Shown here one piece after another: positions 14,840-37,749 of a DNA stretch of 64,000 bases. Both the position numbers and the translations under genes were made by a program. The stretch comes from the human T2T-CHM13v2.0 reference genome, Homo sapiens, in the NCBI RefSeq assembly GCF_009914755.1, contig NC_060932.1; one strand, given 5' to 3'. The first letter of the stretch is position 1; every line of letters begins with the position of its first letter. Under the pieces are notes generated by a model. It saw only the letters and a list, made by a program, of their open reading frames with translations. It was not told where the DNA came from and did not search any database.

Positions 14840-16130
14840 AATTCATTCATTGATGGATTCTGCCGGGCACTGAGCTAGGCATTAGGGATGTATAGAGAAA
14901 AGGATACCACCTGACCTTCAAGGAACTCAGTCTGCAGGAGACAAATATGTAAACGGATTCTAAAACTTACAATGTAATACATTCTTTTACAGACGATGCA
15001 GGATTGATTTTTCCTTCACCTCCTGATGCCAGGTGCATACCAGACTAACATAAGAGAAGACAAAGGAGACAGATGATATTTTAAAAAGACAATGTAGTGG
15101 CCAGGTGTGGTGGCTCACACCTGTAATCCCAGCACTTTGGGAGGCCAAGGTGGGTGGATCACTCAAGGTCAGGAGTTCGAGACTAGCCTGGCCAACATGG
15201 TGAAACTTGGTCTCTACTAAAAATGCAAAAATTAGCCAGACCTGGTGGTGGGCACCTGTAATCTCAGCCACTCGGGAGGCTGAAGCAGGAGAATTCCTTG
15301 AACTCTGGAGGTGGAGGTTGCAGTGAGCCGAGATCTGCTTTCCAACCTCGGTGACAGAGCAAGACTCTGCCTCAAAAAAAAAAAAAAAAAAGGCCATCTA
15401 CAGAAAATGCCTCTGTTATTGCAGATGAATGCTACATAGTCCAGAACATTGGAGACAAGGAACATACTGTCTCAGAACCAGTGAAGGAAACTGAAGAAAG
15501 AAAAACTAATAAAATGTGGCAGAAGAGTCACTCCCAATTGATGATGAGTGAAAATAATGAGTCCACCTCCTCATTAAAACTCTCAAAGAGCCAGAATGTA
15601 GAATTTCAACCAAAAAAAAAGTCAGAGTGTTAGGTGTGTCCTTCCTTTTTCCTTGTAGGTGTGTGGATGTGCACACATGAAAGTGTATATGTGTGAGTTA
15701 ACCGGGTAACTGTTGAGACCATGTAGGGAATGGGTTGTACCACTTCCTCCTTTTCCACATTGGTGTATAACCTGGTAATTACACAGGAGAAATACAAATA
15801 TGTAATGAAAGAAGAAGAGTAATAGCCTTTGGGGATATTAGGGCAGGCTTTACTGAGAAAATAATTTGAAGTGAGTCCTGAAGAAAAAACAGGAATCATT
15901 TATGTCCTGATATTCCTGGCAGAGGAAATAAAACAGAGTCTACAAAGATTTAGAGGTATGAAGGGAGCATGGAGTGTTTAGGGAACAGGCAAGTAGTTTG
16001 GTGCAGGCAGAGCACAGGGGCACATGAATGGAGAGAAGGAGGTGAGCCTAGGAATTCAGACAAGGGCTATATCAGAAAGTATTTATCCTAGAAGTGATGA
16101 GTGGCTCTTAAAGAATATTGAGCTAGAGAG
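14840..16130 (-). mobile_element. L2 fragments (discontinuous; pieces near 14840-14960 and 15800-16130)
   Basis: cattcattg...gggcactgagctaggcattagggatg...ccttcaaggaactcagtct and gggcaggctttactgagaaaataatttgaagtgagtcctgaag are typical L2 3'-end antisense. Confidence 0.55.
15099..15391 (+). mobile_element. Alu (AluS-like)
   Basis: Full dimer with A tail. Confidence 0.95.
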
Positions 16131-16493
16131 TGTTTCGTTTATATGAGAAAAAAACCTAAAATAAGCAGCATATAAAGGTTACACCACATAAATACATTGG
16201 AAAAAGACTGTATGAACTTCATCTGAGCTGAGAGCCAAAGGATGTGGACTTGACCTCGGAGGAGATCCGTGGAGCCTAATGTATGGAGCGTGCATCTAGA
16301 GAAGCCTCATGGAAAGGAGTAGTTCCGTGTCAAGGGTCTTACCCGTTGTATTGGCTACCAGTGCCAGATAGCTGTAGGAGTCAAGCCAGAGGCCACAGAC
16401 ATTTTTCCCCATTCATGAATGTAGCCCTTTTCCTGGGCAAGTAGCCATGCAAGCTCCTCTTCTCCTTGCTTTTTTCACAAGTGCCTTAAAAAA

Positions 16494-17465
16494 ATTTTTT
16501 TTGATAGTTTTGGGGGAACAGGTGGCTTTTTGTTACATAGATAAGTTCTTTAGTAGTAATTTCTGAGATTTTGGTGCACCCATCACCTGACCAGCGTACG
16601 CTGTACCCAGTGTGTAGTCTTTTATCCTTCACACCCCTCCTACCCTTCGCACTAAGACCCCAAAGTCCATTGTATCATTCTTATGCCTTTGCATCCTCAT
16701 AGCTTAGCTCTCACTTGTAAGTGAGAACATACGATGTTTGGTTTTCCACTCCTGAGTTACTTCACTTAGGATAATGGTCTCCAACTCCATACAAGCAGCT
16801 GCAAATGCCATTATTTGGTTCCTTTTTATGGCTGAGTAGTAGTCCATGGTGTATATGTACCATATTTTCTTTATCCACTCATTGGTCGATGGGCATTTAG
16901 GCTAGTTCCATATTTTTGCAATTGTGAATTGTTCTGCCATAAACATGCATGTACAAGTATCTTTTTCATATAATGACGTCTTTTCCTTTGGGCAGATACC
17001 CAATAGCGGGATTGCTGGATCAAATGGTAGATCTACTTTCAGTTCTTTAAGGAATCTCCGTGCTGTTTTCCATAGTAGTTGTACTAGTTTACATTCCCAC
17101 CAGCAGGGTAAAAGTGTTCCTTTTTCACCACACCCCCATTAACATCTAATTTTTTTAATTTTTAAATTATGGTAAAAATTATGGACATTCTTACAGGAGT
17201 AAGGTGGTATCTCATTATAGCTTTAATTTGCATTTCCCTGATATTTAGTTATGTTGAGCATTTTTTCATATGTTTGTTGGCCATTTATATATCTTTGTTT
17301 GAGAATTGTCTATTCATGTTTTCTGCCCACTTTTTGATGAGTTCCTTGTAGATTCTGGATATTAGTCCTTTGTCAGATACATAGTTTGCAAGTATTTTCT
17401 ACTATTCTCTGGGTCGTCTGTTTCCTCTGCTGATTATTTCCTTTGCTGTGCAGAAGCTTTTTATT
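16494..17465 (-). mobile_element. L1PB-like LINE-1 3' end (5'-truncated)
   Basis: gttttgggggaacaggtgg...ttggtgcacccatcacctga...ctcatagcttagctctcacttgtaagtgagaacatacgatgtttggttttcca matches the L1PB 3'UTR antisense. Confidence 0.88.
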
Positions 17466-18174
17466 AACAGCTTCTTGCATATTGACTGTGGATCATCTGT
17501 AAGAGAGATTCATCTTGGCTGAAGGTATGTTGAGCCCCATCTGAAATGACCCACATCCTTTTCCCAGGCCCTGTCTTCTCCCTGAAACAGAGGGTGGTGT
17601 CCTTGACACCCTAAGGGACAAGGATGAGTGGATGTGAAAATCCACGGCCAGCTCCTGAACTTGGTAAGACTAGATTGTGGTGAGTTAGACCCTGCACAAA
17701 AATAGTAGCAGAAGGAAGGGACAGATGTGAATATATTAAGGAAGTGGACTATTGAGTGGGATTGATTGACATGGGAAGAGGAGGCAAGAAAGAAATACAG
17801 GATGATTCTCAGACATACAATTTTAATGATAGAAAAAGATCCTGATTTCCATTGTTTTAAGGTCAAGGGGCTTGCATGCATCTAAGTCAAGTTTCCCAGT
17901 GGAAAATTGATCATATATATATTTGCATCAAGATTAGAAACATGGCTTTGAAGAGAAAAAAATGTTTGGTGTCAGAAAGGAGAGATCAGTGATTGCCTTG
18001 GGCCAGGAAAAGGGGAGTATTGACTGCAAAGAGAAACTAAGGGACCTATTGGGGTGGATGAACGTTCTAAATGTTAATTGTGGTGGTATAAATACATTTA
18101 TATACATTTGAAAAAATTCACTAAATGTGAAATGGGTGCACTGTGTTTTATATAATTATAATGCAACAAAGTTC

Positions 18175-18458
18175 TTTATTTTTATTTTTATTTTTTGGGA
18201 CAGAGTCTCACTCTGTTGCCCAGGCTGGAGTGCAGTGGCACGATCTCGGCTCACTGCCCACTGCAACCTGCCTCAGCCTCCCGAGTACCTGGGATTACAG
18301 GTGTGCACCGCCACACCCGGCTAGTTTTTGTTTTCTTAGTAGAGACAGGGTTTCACCATGTTGGCCAGGCTGGTCACAAACTCCTGACCTCAGGTGATCC
18401 ACCCACCTCATCCTCCCAAAAGTGCTGGGGTTACAGGCACGAGCCACTGCACCAGGCC
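18175..18458 (-). mobile_element. Alu with internal deletion
   Basis: Antisense Alu with the right arm shortened (cactgcaacctgcctcagcc). Confidence 0.92.
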
Positions 18459-18496
18459 TAAAGCTCATTTTTAAATATGTTTTAAAGTCATAAGTG

Positions 18497-18930
18497 TACG
18501 CTATAGTTTGGATGTTTGATCCCTCCAAACCTTATGTTGAAATTTGGTCCCCAGTGTTGGAGGTGAGGCCTAATGAAAGGGGTTTGGTCATAGGAGCAGA
18601 TCTCTCATGATAGATTAATGCCCTTCCTGGTGATGGGGAGTCGGCGGGGGGCAGGGGGTGTGAGTGAGTTCTTGCTCTATTATTCTCAAGAGCTGGTTGT
18701 TAAAAAAGAGCCCTGCACCTCCTGCCCTAACCTCTTCCTCCCTTGCCATGTGATCTCCACATGCACCAGCACCACTTCCTCTTCCACCAAGAGTGGAAGC
18801 AGCCTAAAGCCTTCATTATATGCAGATGCTGGCACCATGCTTCTTGTACAGCCTGAAGAACTGTGAGCCAAATAAACCTCTTACCCAGCCTCCGATATTT
18901 CTTTGTAGCAACACAAAAGGACTAAAACAG
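18497..18930 (+). mobile_element. MST (MSTB-like) MaLR LTR
   Basis: gctatagtttggatgtttgatccctccaaaccttatgttgaaattt ... gaactgtgagccaaataaacctc ... gcaacacaaaaggactaaaaca. Confidence 0.88.
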
Positions 18931-21391
18931 TAAATTGAAACAGATGAGAGTGGAAAACATAAAACAGGCAAGACAGATGAGAAACATTACAGAGTGAGAT
19001 AAAAAAAAAGGATAGAGGCTATAACTGTATATAACAGGTAGAAGATAAAAACTAGCAAAGTCATTAGCCAGTGGTTAGCCATGACAGAATTATATCATTT
19101 TAAAGCTGTTTGGGAATTTATATGTCATCTAGTTTCACTTCATTCTACATGTGAAGGAGCTGGGGTTCACATTGAGACAAAATCTTTTGCTCAAGGTCAT
19201 AAAGATTTAATAACAAAGACAAAACTAGATATAAGCCAGGACTCCCAGGCCTGGGATGGCTGTGTGTTGAACGGCTCTGTCAATGGGACCAAGTTGTAAA
19301 TGACACTTTACACAAAAAGAAACCCCTCTTGTGTCCTGCTGAGGGTGAAGCCACAGTCACTGCTTTCTGTGTCTAGTATTCATCAAATAGCCATGAAATT
19401 TCACACGCTTACAAAAAGCCTTAGAAAGCAAAACCACCTTATGAGGAAGAAGAGGTGTTCCTGGCTGTCACTACGTGAGATTTTGGAGTTAGAAACAAAA
19501 TGTGCACCACTCAGCCGGAGAATGAAGGGGCCACTTTTCTGTTACACAAATACCTTAAACGGGGCTTTATTTCCCCGTGCAATGATGCATTTCTTCACAT
19601 TGCACAGGCACTTTCTGACAAATCAGATAAATGAATATGTCCACAGGCTAGTGAAAATTAAGAAAGTGTGGAGAAGTTATTTAACAATGTATCAAGCCAA
19701 GTATCCCATTTTTATTTTTGATTCTTTTTTTTTAAATGAACCCACATAAGTGTATTTTCACTTATAATGAGAAAGACAAAAAGTTGACTTCATCCGTGAA
19801 TATCTAACAGATGGAACCAGAGACATCTAGGGGAGAGGAAATAGAGACAAATATGGTTGTCATGGTTTCTTTGAGAGGCAGTAAACAAAGGGACACGAAT
19901 GGACAATGAAAGCCCCCATTGGGAAAAGCCACATGTCTCTCTTTTCTTTGTTAGATAATTGCCAAGCTCACTTTGAATGTCGGGACTTGGCAGGACATGA
20001 GAGAATAGAGATACTGTCATTCACCCATGGCTATCCTCATATCAGATTACCCTGGGACCACCCTATCCTCCTCTACAACAGACATCAAACAATTAATGAC
20101 CACCTCAGATTAATCAATTATCCCAGTGGGCAGTGCCCTGAGGACATATGGGACACATGTAAACATGAGAGAAGCTGTGCACAGCCTGAGACCAAGTTTT
20201 CTGTTTAATTGGGAAGCAGCATGCCCATAAGAGGAGAGCAACATTTCGAAAGCTTTGTAAATCCTGTTGAACACATTCAGGTTTGTAGTCCCCAGTGTCA
20301 CTTTCCAGCCATCTCCAAATTGATCTAAACTCAACTCCACCATATTCTGGTTAATACATGAATGGTGCAATACTTGATAAATCTTCATTGTTGAATGTTT
20401 CCCTGTAATTTGCTTGCAGGGGTGTTAGACAAAGAGGGAATGGAAGCAGACAGGGATCCCTTCCCAACATCTTTTATGAGAGTAAAATTAAAGCCCAGTG
20501 CAATGAAGACTGTGCCTACATGATGTCAAACAGGCAAATGTTGGAAACAGTCAGTTTGGCTGAACTCACGCATGTTTTGTCTGGAGATTCTGATCAAGTT
20601 GACACAGACTAAAAGTCTTTTCCAAGGTCATCCTAGAGGCTGCCAGCACTGAGATCACTGCAGAAACCCCGGAGTTCTACAGCCATCCCCCTCCTTGCTA
20701 TTGCCAAAACAGATTCTTTCTCGTCTGCACAAGATTAGAAGTTGTTTTCTCCTTGTTTTTCGTGCCCTTCATGAATGACCCCTTAAGTTTGCTAAAGGAT
20801 TGTGCAACTTCAACAGAGCCCCTGTGAGGACATGGGGAATGTGGTTGTGTTGAGCAATCACTAGTTTTGGGGTGCTTGGCGGTGAGATCTGGCACCTGAG
20901 CCAGCTGCAGTCAGAGGGAGAAAGTGTGGCTTCACCTTGGCTCGGTGACATGCCCTCAGAAGCCAAGAAATCACTGAGCAATTTTTAGGTTGTTAGAATT
21001 TATCTCTCTCCTGATTCTGTCCCAAAAGCCCAAAGCTTGCAACATCTTATTTCCTGTTTGGGGATTTCCTGAAATCAAAACTAAGACTTTGGCCTCGGTA
21101 AAGAAACCAATAGAAAGCCTCTTTTTCTGGAATTATGCTGTGTGCATCAGCTCCACTGTACAATTCTGCTTCACCAACTTAACACTATTTTTATATCTCC
21201 TCAGAAAGTGCATTTTTTACTCTCTTTCTTCATTATCCATACAGCTCTGTTACTTGTTATTGTCATCCCCCTCACCTCCCGCCGACTTTTTGAAAATTTG
21301 AAAGCCTCTTATTATAGTAAAATTTGTTTGGTGTGTTGTTGGTGTTTCAAAAGATAGGCAGAATATGAATTTTGGAGAACCACATCATATT

Positions 21392-21921
21392 TGTCAGGGT
21401 TCTTCAGAGAAACAGAACCGATAGGAGATTACATATAGATAAGAAGATTTATTATGGGAATTGGCTCATTCAGTTATGAAGGTCAAGAAGTCCTACCATC
21501 TGTTCCACAATCTGGAGAACGAGGAGGGTTGGTGGTGTAATTCCCTGTAAGTCCAAAGGCCCAAGAACCAGAGGAGCTGATGATGTAAGCCCCGGTTTGA
21601 GTCTGAGGGCAGTAGGAGGATAATTCCCAATCTGAGACTGAAGGCCCAAGAACCTGGAATAACAATGCATGAAGGCAGAAGATGGATGTTCCAGCTCAAG
21701 AATAGAGAGATAATTCGCTCTTCTTGGCCTTTTTGTTCTATCTAACCCCTCTGGATTAAATAATGCCTGTTTTCATTGGCGATCTTTTTTACTCAGTCTA
21801 CTGAGTCAAATGCTGATCTATTCTGGAAACACTCTCACAGACACACCCAGAAATAATATTTTACCAGCAACCTGAGCATCCCTTAGCCCAGTCAACTTGG
21901 CATATAAAATTAACCATCACA
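21392..21921 (-). mobile_element. MLT2 (ERV-L) LTR
   Basis: gtcagggttcttcagagaaacagaaccgatagg ... acacacccagaaataatattttaccagc ... aaaattaaccatcaca. Confidence 0.88.
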
Positions 21922-22617
21922 TGTTATCTTCTATAATTGCAAAAATAAAGGAAATTTTGGATAAGAATCAAATTAAAGAGAATAACAGACTTGACTAATG
22001 GCGTCTTTGTTTCTTAGATCTGAGACTTATGTGGGGAGGAGCATAACAAGTAGGGCATGGGGGATGACATCATACGCTATTTTTCTTTGAACTTTATGGT
22101 CATTTCCCATAACTATAATCATGGTTTACCATAGCGGCACTTCCGAAATCCCAACAGTACTTTTTTCTGAACTTTCGTTGTTTACACAAATATGTGATCT
22201 TTACTTCACAGTCCTTTGTGAGCCTTATTCTGCCAGTACCCACAATGGAGAAATGGAAATACTTTTGGATGCAGAATTACAATGGCACCCTGCAAACAAA
22301 TCAGGTGAGAGACCACCACACCTAGGCTTTCTTATCAATGGGAGTATCTTTTAAGGCTAACACAGCTGCTGCAGGATTTTCCAAGTGTTTAATACATGCC
22401 AACCAGATTATTTATATTCCAATATCAATATTATATCTTCCTTCCTAAAGAAGGGAAAAACAGGCTCACTTATAAGTGCTGACAGAGGCTCCCTTCCACT
22501 TGTAAAGAACTCATATTTATATTAAAGGTTATAAGAGTACAACTGGATTTTTCAATATCAATGTGGAAAATGAACAGCTTTTTCAGGAGTATTGCAAAAA
22601 AAATTGCAGCAGCCTCC

Positions 22618-22742
22618 ATCGATTGATTTAAATGCTGATCTGTTCTGAAAACTCCCTCACAGACACACCTAAAAATAATGTTTTACCAGCTACCTAGGCA
22701 TCCCTTAGTCCAGTCAAGATGATATAAAATTAACCATCATGC
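22618..22742 (-). mobile_element. Second MLT2 terminal fragment
   Basis: Repeats the 21800-21921 segment with divergence (ctcacagacacacctaaaaataatgttttaccagc...aaaattaaccatca). Confidence 0.8.
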
Positions 22743-22868
22743 ATTACCATAAACCAACTTGGGTTTGAAATTTGGATCTGCCAATTGTTAGTTATATAAA
22801 CTGGGATGTTATATTTATATTGATATGTCCTGCTTCATCATCTCAGACAATAACAACACATTTATTTT

Positions 22869-24506
<1,638 letters not shown>

Positions 24507-24698
24507 TTATTTTAATATGAGTGTCTATCTTTCCTATCTCCAAAAGGTTTTGATCTTCTTTTCTAACTATTCTAATAAATCTAAGAATTTTAGGGGCCTA
24601 TTAGCCCAAGGAGTTGTTCTTGGTTACAGAGAGAAAACTAAAAAAATTAATTGGTACATTAGAAGACCCCATTCTCTACCACCATTATCCTCTTGCAA

Positions 24699-24733
<35 letters not shown>

Positions 24734-24782
24734 CATATATGTGTGTATATATATATACATATATATGTGTATATATCTATAT
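24699..24782 (+). repeat. Compound (TA)n/(TG)n microsatellite
   Basis: Seen directly. Confidence 0.9.
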
Positions 24783-25167
24783 TTCTCTCTGTATATACCT
24801 CTTAAGTTTTCTTTTGTTTTCCCCTATTCCTTTTCCTCCTATTTTTCTCCTTCTCTTAATTCTCTCAATCCCAAAAATTTGTTGTGCATGCACATACACG
24901 TGCACATACACATGCAGAACTACATAAAAAACTGTCCTGTAGACCTAGGTGTTAAAGCCTGAGTCACCACCCCAGACTCTGTTTTCCCAAATAATCTCCA
25001 CTCATACGCAGCTGGTCTCCTCTCCAACAGGCAGCCTCCATAAGTGTCTCTTTAGTCCATTAGAGATGTTCTAATACTGTTGAACCTCAGAAAAGAAGGG
25101 GGTCCATGAACCTAATCATGAGAAGGCAATCAGATAAATCTACATTATGGAATATTCTACAAGACAA

Positions 25168-25517
<350 letters not shown>

Positions 25518-25766
25518 TCAGAAATGTCAGTGTCATAAAAGACCAAAACCACAGTGACACAAAGTAAAACAGGAGAACTGGTCTAGATTAACAGAGGGAT
25601 GTGTAAAAAATACGTGCAATTCTCAATTGGAAAGAAAAAAGAAATATAGCAAATCATCATGGGGCAATTAGAAAACTGTAAATATGGACTGTGTATTAAA
25701 TAATAGTATTGTATCAGTGTTCAATTTATTAGGTGCAATAATGCTCTTGTGATTCCTTAGAAGAAT

Positions 25767-26275
25767 GTTACTATGGTCAGAATGTTTGTTGCCCTCCAAA
25801 ATTCATGTTGAAATTCTAACCTGCAAGATGATGGTATTAGGAGGTGTGGCCTCTAGGAGGTGATTAAGTCATGAGGATGGAGCTCTCATGAATGGGATTA
25901 GTGATTAGTGTCCTTATAAAAGAGACCCAGAGTGCTGGGCTCGGTCTGTAATCCCAGGACTTTGGAAGGCTGAAGCAGGAAGATTGCCTGAGCTCAGAAG
26001 TTTGAAACCAGCCTGGGCGACATGGCAACACCCCATCTCTTAAAAAAAAAAGAGAAGGAGACCCCAGAGAAACTCTCACTCATTTTGCAATATGAGGTTA
26101 TAGCAAAAAGAGGGTTGTTTATGAACCAGGAAGCAGTCCCACACCAGACACCAAATCAGCTGGCACCTTGATTTTGGACTTCCCAGCCTCTAGAACTATG
26201 GAAAATAAGTTTCTTTTCTTTATAAGCCACCCAGTATATGACATTTTGTTATAGCAGCCTGAATGAACTAAGACA
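25767..26275 (+). mobile_element. MLT1A/MSTD-like MaLR LTR containing an Alu monomer (~25935-26052)
   Basis: ctatggtcagaatgtttgttgccctccaaaattcatgttgaaa ... ggacttcccagcctctagaact ... gttatagcagcctgaatgaactaagaca. Confidence 0.85.
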
Positions 26276-26926
26276 AATCACAGAAGATGGAGGGGTGAAT
26301 TGTTACAATGGCTGCAACTTACTTTCAAACAGCAAAAAAATAAAGAGAAATTAAAAGCAATGATGCAAATGTGGCAAGATATTATCAATTGGTGAATCTA
26401 ACTGAAGAACATTCAAGTGTTATTTATAGTATTCTTACATCTTTTTTGTACTTCTTAAACTTCTTCAAAAAAAGATGTTGTGGGAAAATGGGTTTTGTAA
26501 GGTGAGGAAGAAGGATCTCTAAGCCTCAATAATTTGCTTTCCAAGAGTTTATGGCATCTATTCTCAAATTGCCACTTCTTCCTATAATTGACTTTTAACT
26601 TTTCCATAACTAAGATGTTTGGTGAAGGCACTATCTTTTCCAAACACAGAAAATTACTCCCACCCTATAGAACAAAGGGAGCCTCAGTGCCTTAAATCAC
26701 CATATGTAAAGGGCTTGCACAAGAGGTTCCAGCTAGAGTTCAGATCATCTCCACCAAGAGGCTTTGGATGTACTCTACCACCACAAAAAGAAACTATTGG
26801 CAAATCTTAACTATTGACTTCTCACAATGAAAAGAAGTTTAAAATTTCACCCCACCATAGCTATATTATTTTAGTTTTATTTTGTTTAGTATTATAAAAG
26901 CAAGAAAATAAAAAACTATCTACCTC

Positions 26927-27265
<339 letters not shown>

Positions 27266-27359
27266 CTACCTCAAATGGTAATTGTGTCCGATAAGTGCCA
27301 TTATATATGACAGAATCCAGCAAAGTACCTGGCACACAGGGGACCCTTAATAAATATCA

Positions 27360-27707
<348 letters not shown>

Positions 27708-29142
27708 TTATCCAAGGATCCCATCACCAGAGAATGTTTCTGAACATAGTGGTACTGAAACACCTTTTCCTCCCCTACACCCCCTATAGCTCAAGTGACC
27801 ACACATCCCAGTTTATGCCTATTATTCTGGCTTAACCAATAGCGCCTCTTCCACTCTCAGAGTGCCCCAACTTGGATGATAAATTATAAGGTCCCTCTAC
27901 CTACTGTTTTATTCTTTCCAGAAAACGTATCCTGCTAAAAGGCACAGAGAGCTGCATGGTCTTTCTGAATAAAGGCTACAAAAATGTGTCTTCAATGGCA
28001 GCCCTAGAGTCACTGCAAAAATAAACACACAAGCAAACAAATGGGGAGGGGGTGCCCCAGCAGACACGTTTTAATTTTATTGCGGAAGTGATGGAAGTGG
28101 TTCATCACTTACAGGTTAACTACACATTTGAGGTGAATTTTAGACCACAGAAACAGGAAGTAGTAAACATCTGTGATGAAACTTTGATACTTCAAGATGC
28201 TTGTCTTAGGGACCAACATTCTCTCAGACTAGCAGATTATTTCCATGGTGAATGAGTCTTCTTATTAATGGTGTGTGAACTATATACATGATGACTGAAA
28301 GCAGCTCATAAGATAAAATTCATCACCTTTTCTGAGGCACTGAGGCTGAGTAAATATTGACTCACCCCAGCCTCTCTACTTAAGGTGAACAGATGTGGAT
28401 TGGCTGGAGCAGAACTGTTTGCCCCTGTGGACTCACCATAGTTATTTTCATCCCCCAAGTCAGTTCTTAAATCGCCCAGTGTTGACAGAAAAAAATGCCT
28501 CCTCTCCCGGGGAACAGGAATAAACACTGGTATAAAAATTAAAAGGACTTATTCTGGACTTGCCAGCTCACTTCAAATGTGAACTTTTAGTACTTTTAAC
28601 ACATCTCATTAATAATATAGCCCATTTAATATACTCTATAAATACAATCCACTTGTATCACATTTCATGTTTCAAATAGAGTGACAGAGATTCACGAGGT
28701 AAATTCTATCATATGAGGCGTCCACAAAACAGAGAAATAAAAGCTTCCTTGAAGTGGTTTACATTTTGCTAAAGCATTTCTGTTATAATTCCACACTAGA
28801 ATTAGAATGTAAGCCCTGTGGTGGCAGCAATTTTGTGACTTCCATTCATTGCTATATCCCATTTGCCCAAAATAATTCCTGGCACATAGTAAATGCTCAA
28901 TAAAAATATATAGAATACGTTAACAAATTTCAGGCAGTTTAATATTCTGAGTAATGCAAAATAATCATAATTTCCTTGATAGGTTTTTAAGGCATTTTTC
29001 ATGTTCCTGAATACATTTTTTTCCGTGTTTCCCAATTGAAAAACCAAGACTTCTTTTCACTCATTGATCGATAGCTGTGGTTATCTTTTATCTTATTCCA
29101 ATTTTCAAATTTAAAAAAAAATGATTTTTAAAATCTTCACTT

Positions 29143-33615
<4,473 letters not shown>

Positions 33616-34100
33616 CTTCACTTGTAGAACTTTTCAACTAAAAAAAAAAAGTATTTAACTTGTAAAAATTGCTGTCTCCAGTACTTAACACTTCCTTCTT
33701 TAGAATTATAAAAACAAATGATAAACAAACTAAAAACATTATTCCATGTCATTATTTCTGCATTTATTCAGTGTCAACAGTAACATTTGTTAATATTACC
33801 ACCAATCTCCTCAGGAAAGTCTTTTAAGTATTGCAAAGTTGTCAAGCTCAATGTGGTGGATATTCGTTTTCCAAAATTTCACTTTTCGCTTGAAAGCTGA
33901 GATTTTTATCATTGGCAACAAATTCTGTCTCTTAAAGTGACAGGCTCACTTTGTTTTCACAAAAATTGTTGACAAAAACACAAGACAGAGTAAGCATAGT
34001 TTGTCAGATTTTTTTAAGTAAAAATAGTATTCCATGGAAAAAGCAGCAAGTTCAGCTCACAACTCAATCACACAAGCACTGTGAGACTCCTGTTATACTA

Positions 34101-34822
<722 letters not shown>

Positions 34823-36349
34823 AATAAATAAATAAATAAAAGACATGCACTTAAAGGTCAAGATTTAATAAAATTCATCATTTTTATTGCTTCACTAAGG
34901 GCATTCTTATGTAAAACTGGCTTTTTTTTTTCCCCATGAGTGGACTCATCAGATGAATTTACTCCATTTATATAAGAAGCAACTTACGTTACATTCATTC
35001 CAAAAGTTCTTGGGATAATATCCTGACCCAAAAGCATTAATATTACCCCCTACATACAGTAATGGTTTTTAAATATAATTACTTTCATAATCAGTTTTTT
35101 TTAATTTAGAAGCTTAAATTTTCAAATATTCATAATGGCCTATTTGGGCTAGTTGAATCATCTTCTCTGGTAAGCTGGGTTGGATGATGTGGTTATGGTT
35201 TGCATGGGAAATAAAATAAACAATAAATTTTTGACCTAATGCTCAAAATGCCCTTGGAGGCATTAATCAATTCCAGTTCTGACTCATTTCAGAGGCTTAG
35301 AGACAGTAATTTAACTGCTCATGTCACTGTTCCAGGAGGATACAAAGGGGCAAGGGTATATAGCAGAGAAGAAGCCTCAGGAAGATAAAAGAAGGTATCT
35401 GCTGGTCATGACTGGTCATATCCTCTTTGGGATACAGCCACACCTCTGACTGACCAGAGGCTTGGCTGTTAAGTCCAATGACTCGAGAGGACAATAATCC
35501 TAAAGAGTCACTTCTCCTCAAACACCTCTATCCCTTGCCGATCTCCTTAATTGGGCCTACTACCAGCACCAATGGTGTTGCTAAATTAATTGGTTTAATC
35601 CCAGGATATAGATGAGGCCACATTTTACTAGTGAAAAAGGTTAATATGACTTAAAAGTAAGCTCCCATGCATTGTACTCCATATTCTTGCATCCATATCA
35701 CATGGACAGCAAGAGAGGGCTTGTCTCCTAGGAGAAAGGCTGCTCAGGCTCCTCTTCTTCTCCTTCTTCAGTTGATCTTCAGTATGAGCAAGCAGGGTCA
35801 AGACCTACAGATCTAGGCATTTTTCTCTCCTCTTTCTTATTGCAAGCACATTGAATAGACTAGTCCCAAGATTCAGAATTGGGAAATGGAAAGGCAGTAA
35901 AAGATCCTCTCCTAGTTACACTTCAAATCTAAATAATATGCTCAGATCCAGCTTATACAATCAATCAGTGTACTGCATTTATGTGGTTTGCAAAGCTACT
36001 ATAAAGAGGCTGTTTGAGTCTGATTATCCTATTGAGAGCTTTGTGCAAGACTCCACCAGAAATCCCATGGAGGGTGGGAAGAGTCAGAGAATAATTTAAG
36101 CATTCCTCAGTCCTTGGTTTTAATACCATCATAATATCAAAAAGCCCTACTCAAAACCCTTCACACCTCTCTCTCCTGTGTCTTATTCCTATCAGCAATG
36201 GCGCCTAGTACAATGCCTATTTTGTAACACAATAAATGTGTACCACCCCAGGTACTATCATCAACGATTCCCTTTTTCTGGACAAATCTCAGTCAAGCTC
36301 TTCAAACACAAAGGGTAATGACCACAGATAGCTGTAACCACTACAACAA

Positions 36350-36520
36350 GCATCTATTGAGCAAAGTGAACACTAGCTCATCACAATAACCTCACAAGGA
36401 GGTTGGATATTATAACATCCATTTTACAGATGAGCAAGCTGAATCTTAGAAAGGCCATATAACTTGACCAAGATAATAAAGACAGTATGTTGCAGAGTAG
36501 CAACTAAAACTAGATTATTT
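36350..36520. mobile_element. MIR
   Basis: ccattttacagatgagcaagctgaatcttagaaagg...aacttgaccaagat MIR core. Confidence 0.7.
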
Positions 36521-37252
36521 CTTAGAGTCATCATTCTATATCCCCTTTGAGTTTTTCAAGCATTTTTATGTCTGTAATCAAAGACAACAAGATATATGCT
36601 GATATTAGAATTACACAGTAAAGATATTACCATTAACAATAAAAATTAAAAGAAAGAAATTTCCTAAAGAAAATTTCCATAATTTATATTTTGCTCCAGA
36701 ACTGTGAGCAATAAACTTCTGTTTCTTATAAGCCACCCAGTCTATCGTATTCTGTTACAGCAGCCTGAGGTCCTAATGAATTGCCATCTTTAGCAGGACT
36801 TATGTCCTATTAATGACTTTTTTAATGCACATTTTACTGGGCATTTTACTGGGCAGGTCGGCACTGTGCTTGAATTCATACAGTCTTTTATAGATATTGA
36901 GCAGGTTCTTCTATGTGTAATATACAATGTGTGGCTGAAGGAATGATGTTCATTTTTGCTTATGTCTCTTATTTCTGAGTAATGCATAGAACACTATATG
37001 TTTCCAATCTATTACTAACAATGATAATGACCCCAACTGATATTCTGGTTACTAGAATCTAGTCCTTAACAGCAACAAAGAAGCCATTCAGCATTCAGGT
37101 TCCAAAATATATTTGCTATATGATCAAGGGTAAAAGTTGCATTCATTTTTAGGCGAAGACTATTAACTAGCATTAGTGATCATTTTCTCCAACATTTCTG
37201 AAAAGGCTTCTGACCACTTTGTAATATTGCTTTTAAAAATTAGTCATTGAAT

Positions 37253-37639
<387 letters not shown>

Positions 37640-37749
37640 TCACAGCCATGAGGCATTCCTCAAAACAGTCCTGTGAGGGACGTTGCTTTCTTAAAATATT
37701 TCACAAAAGGAGACAGTGAGGTAAAGTGAAAGGTATGGCAAAATGGGAT

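Noticed and set aside
19081-20388. Cluster of ORFs up to 149 aa in non-repeat sequence
   Set aside because: No recognisable domain or consistent exon structure. Lengths are compatible with chance.
21392-22742. Two MLT2 pieces as paired LTRs of a provirus
   Set aside because: The second piece is only ~125 bp, and the ~700 bp between them shows no recognisable ERV-L internal sequence.
36830-36855. 12-bp tandem duplication cattttactggg x2
   Set aside because: Common slippage duplication with no functional signal.
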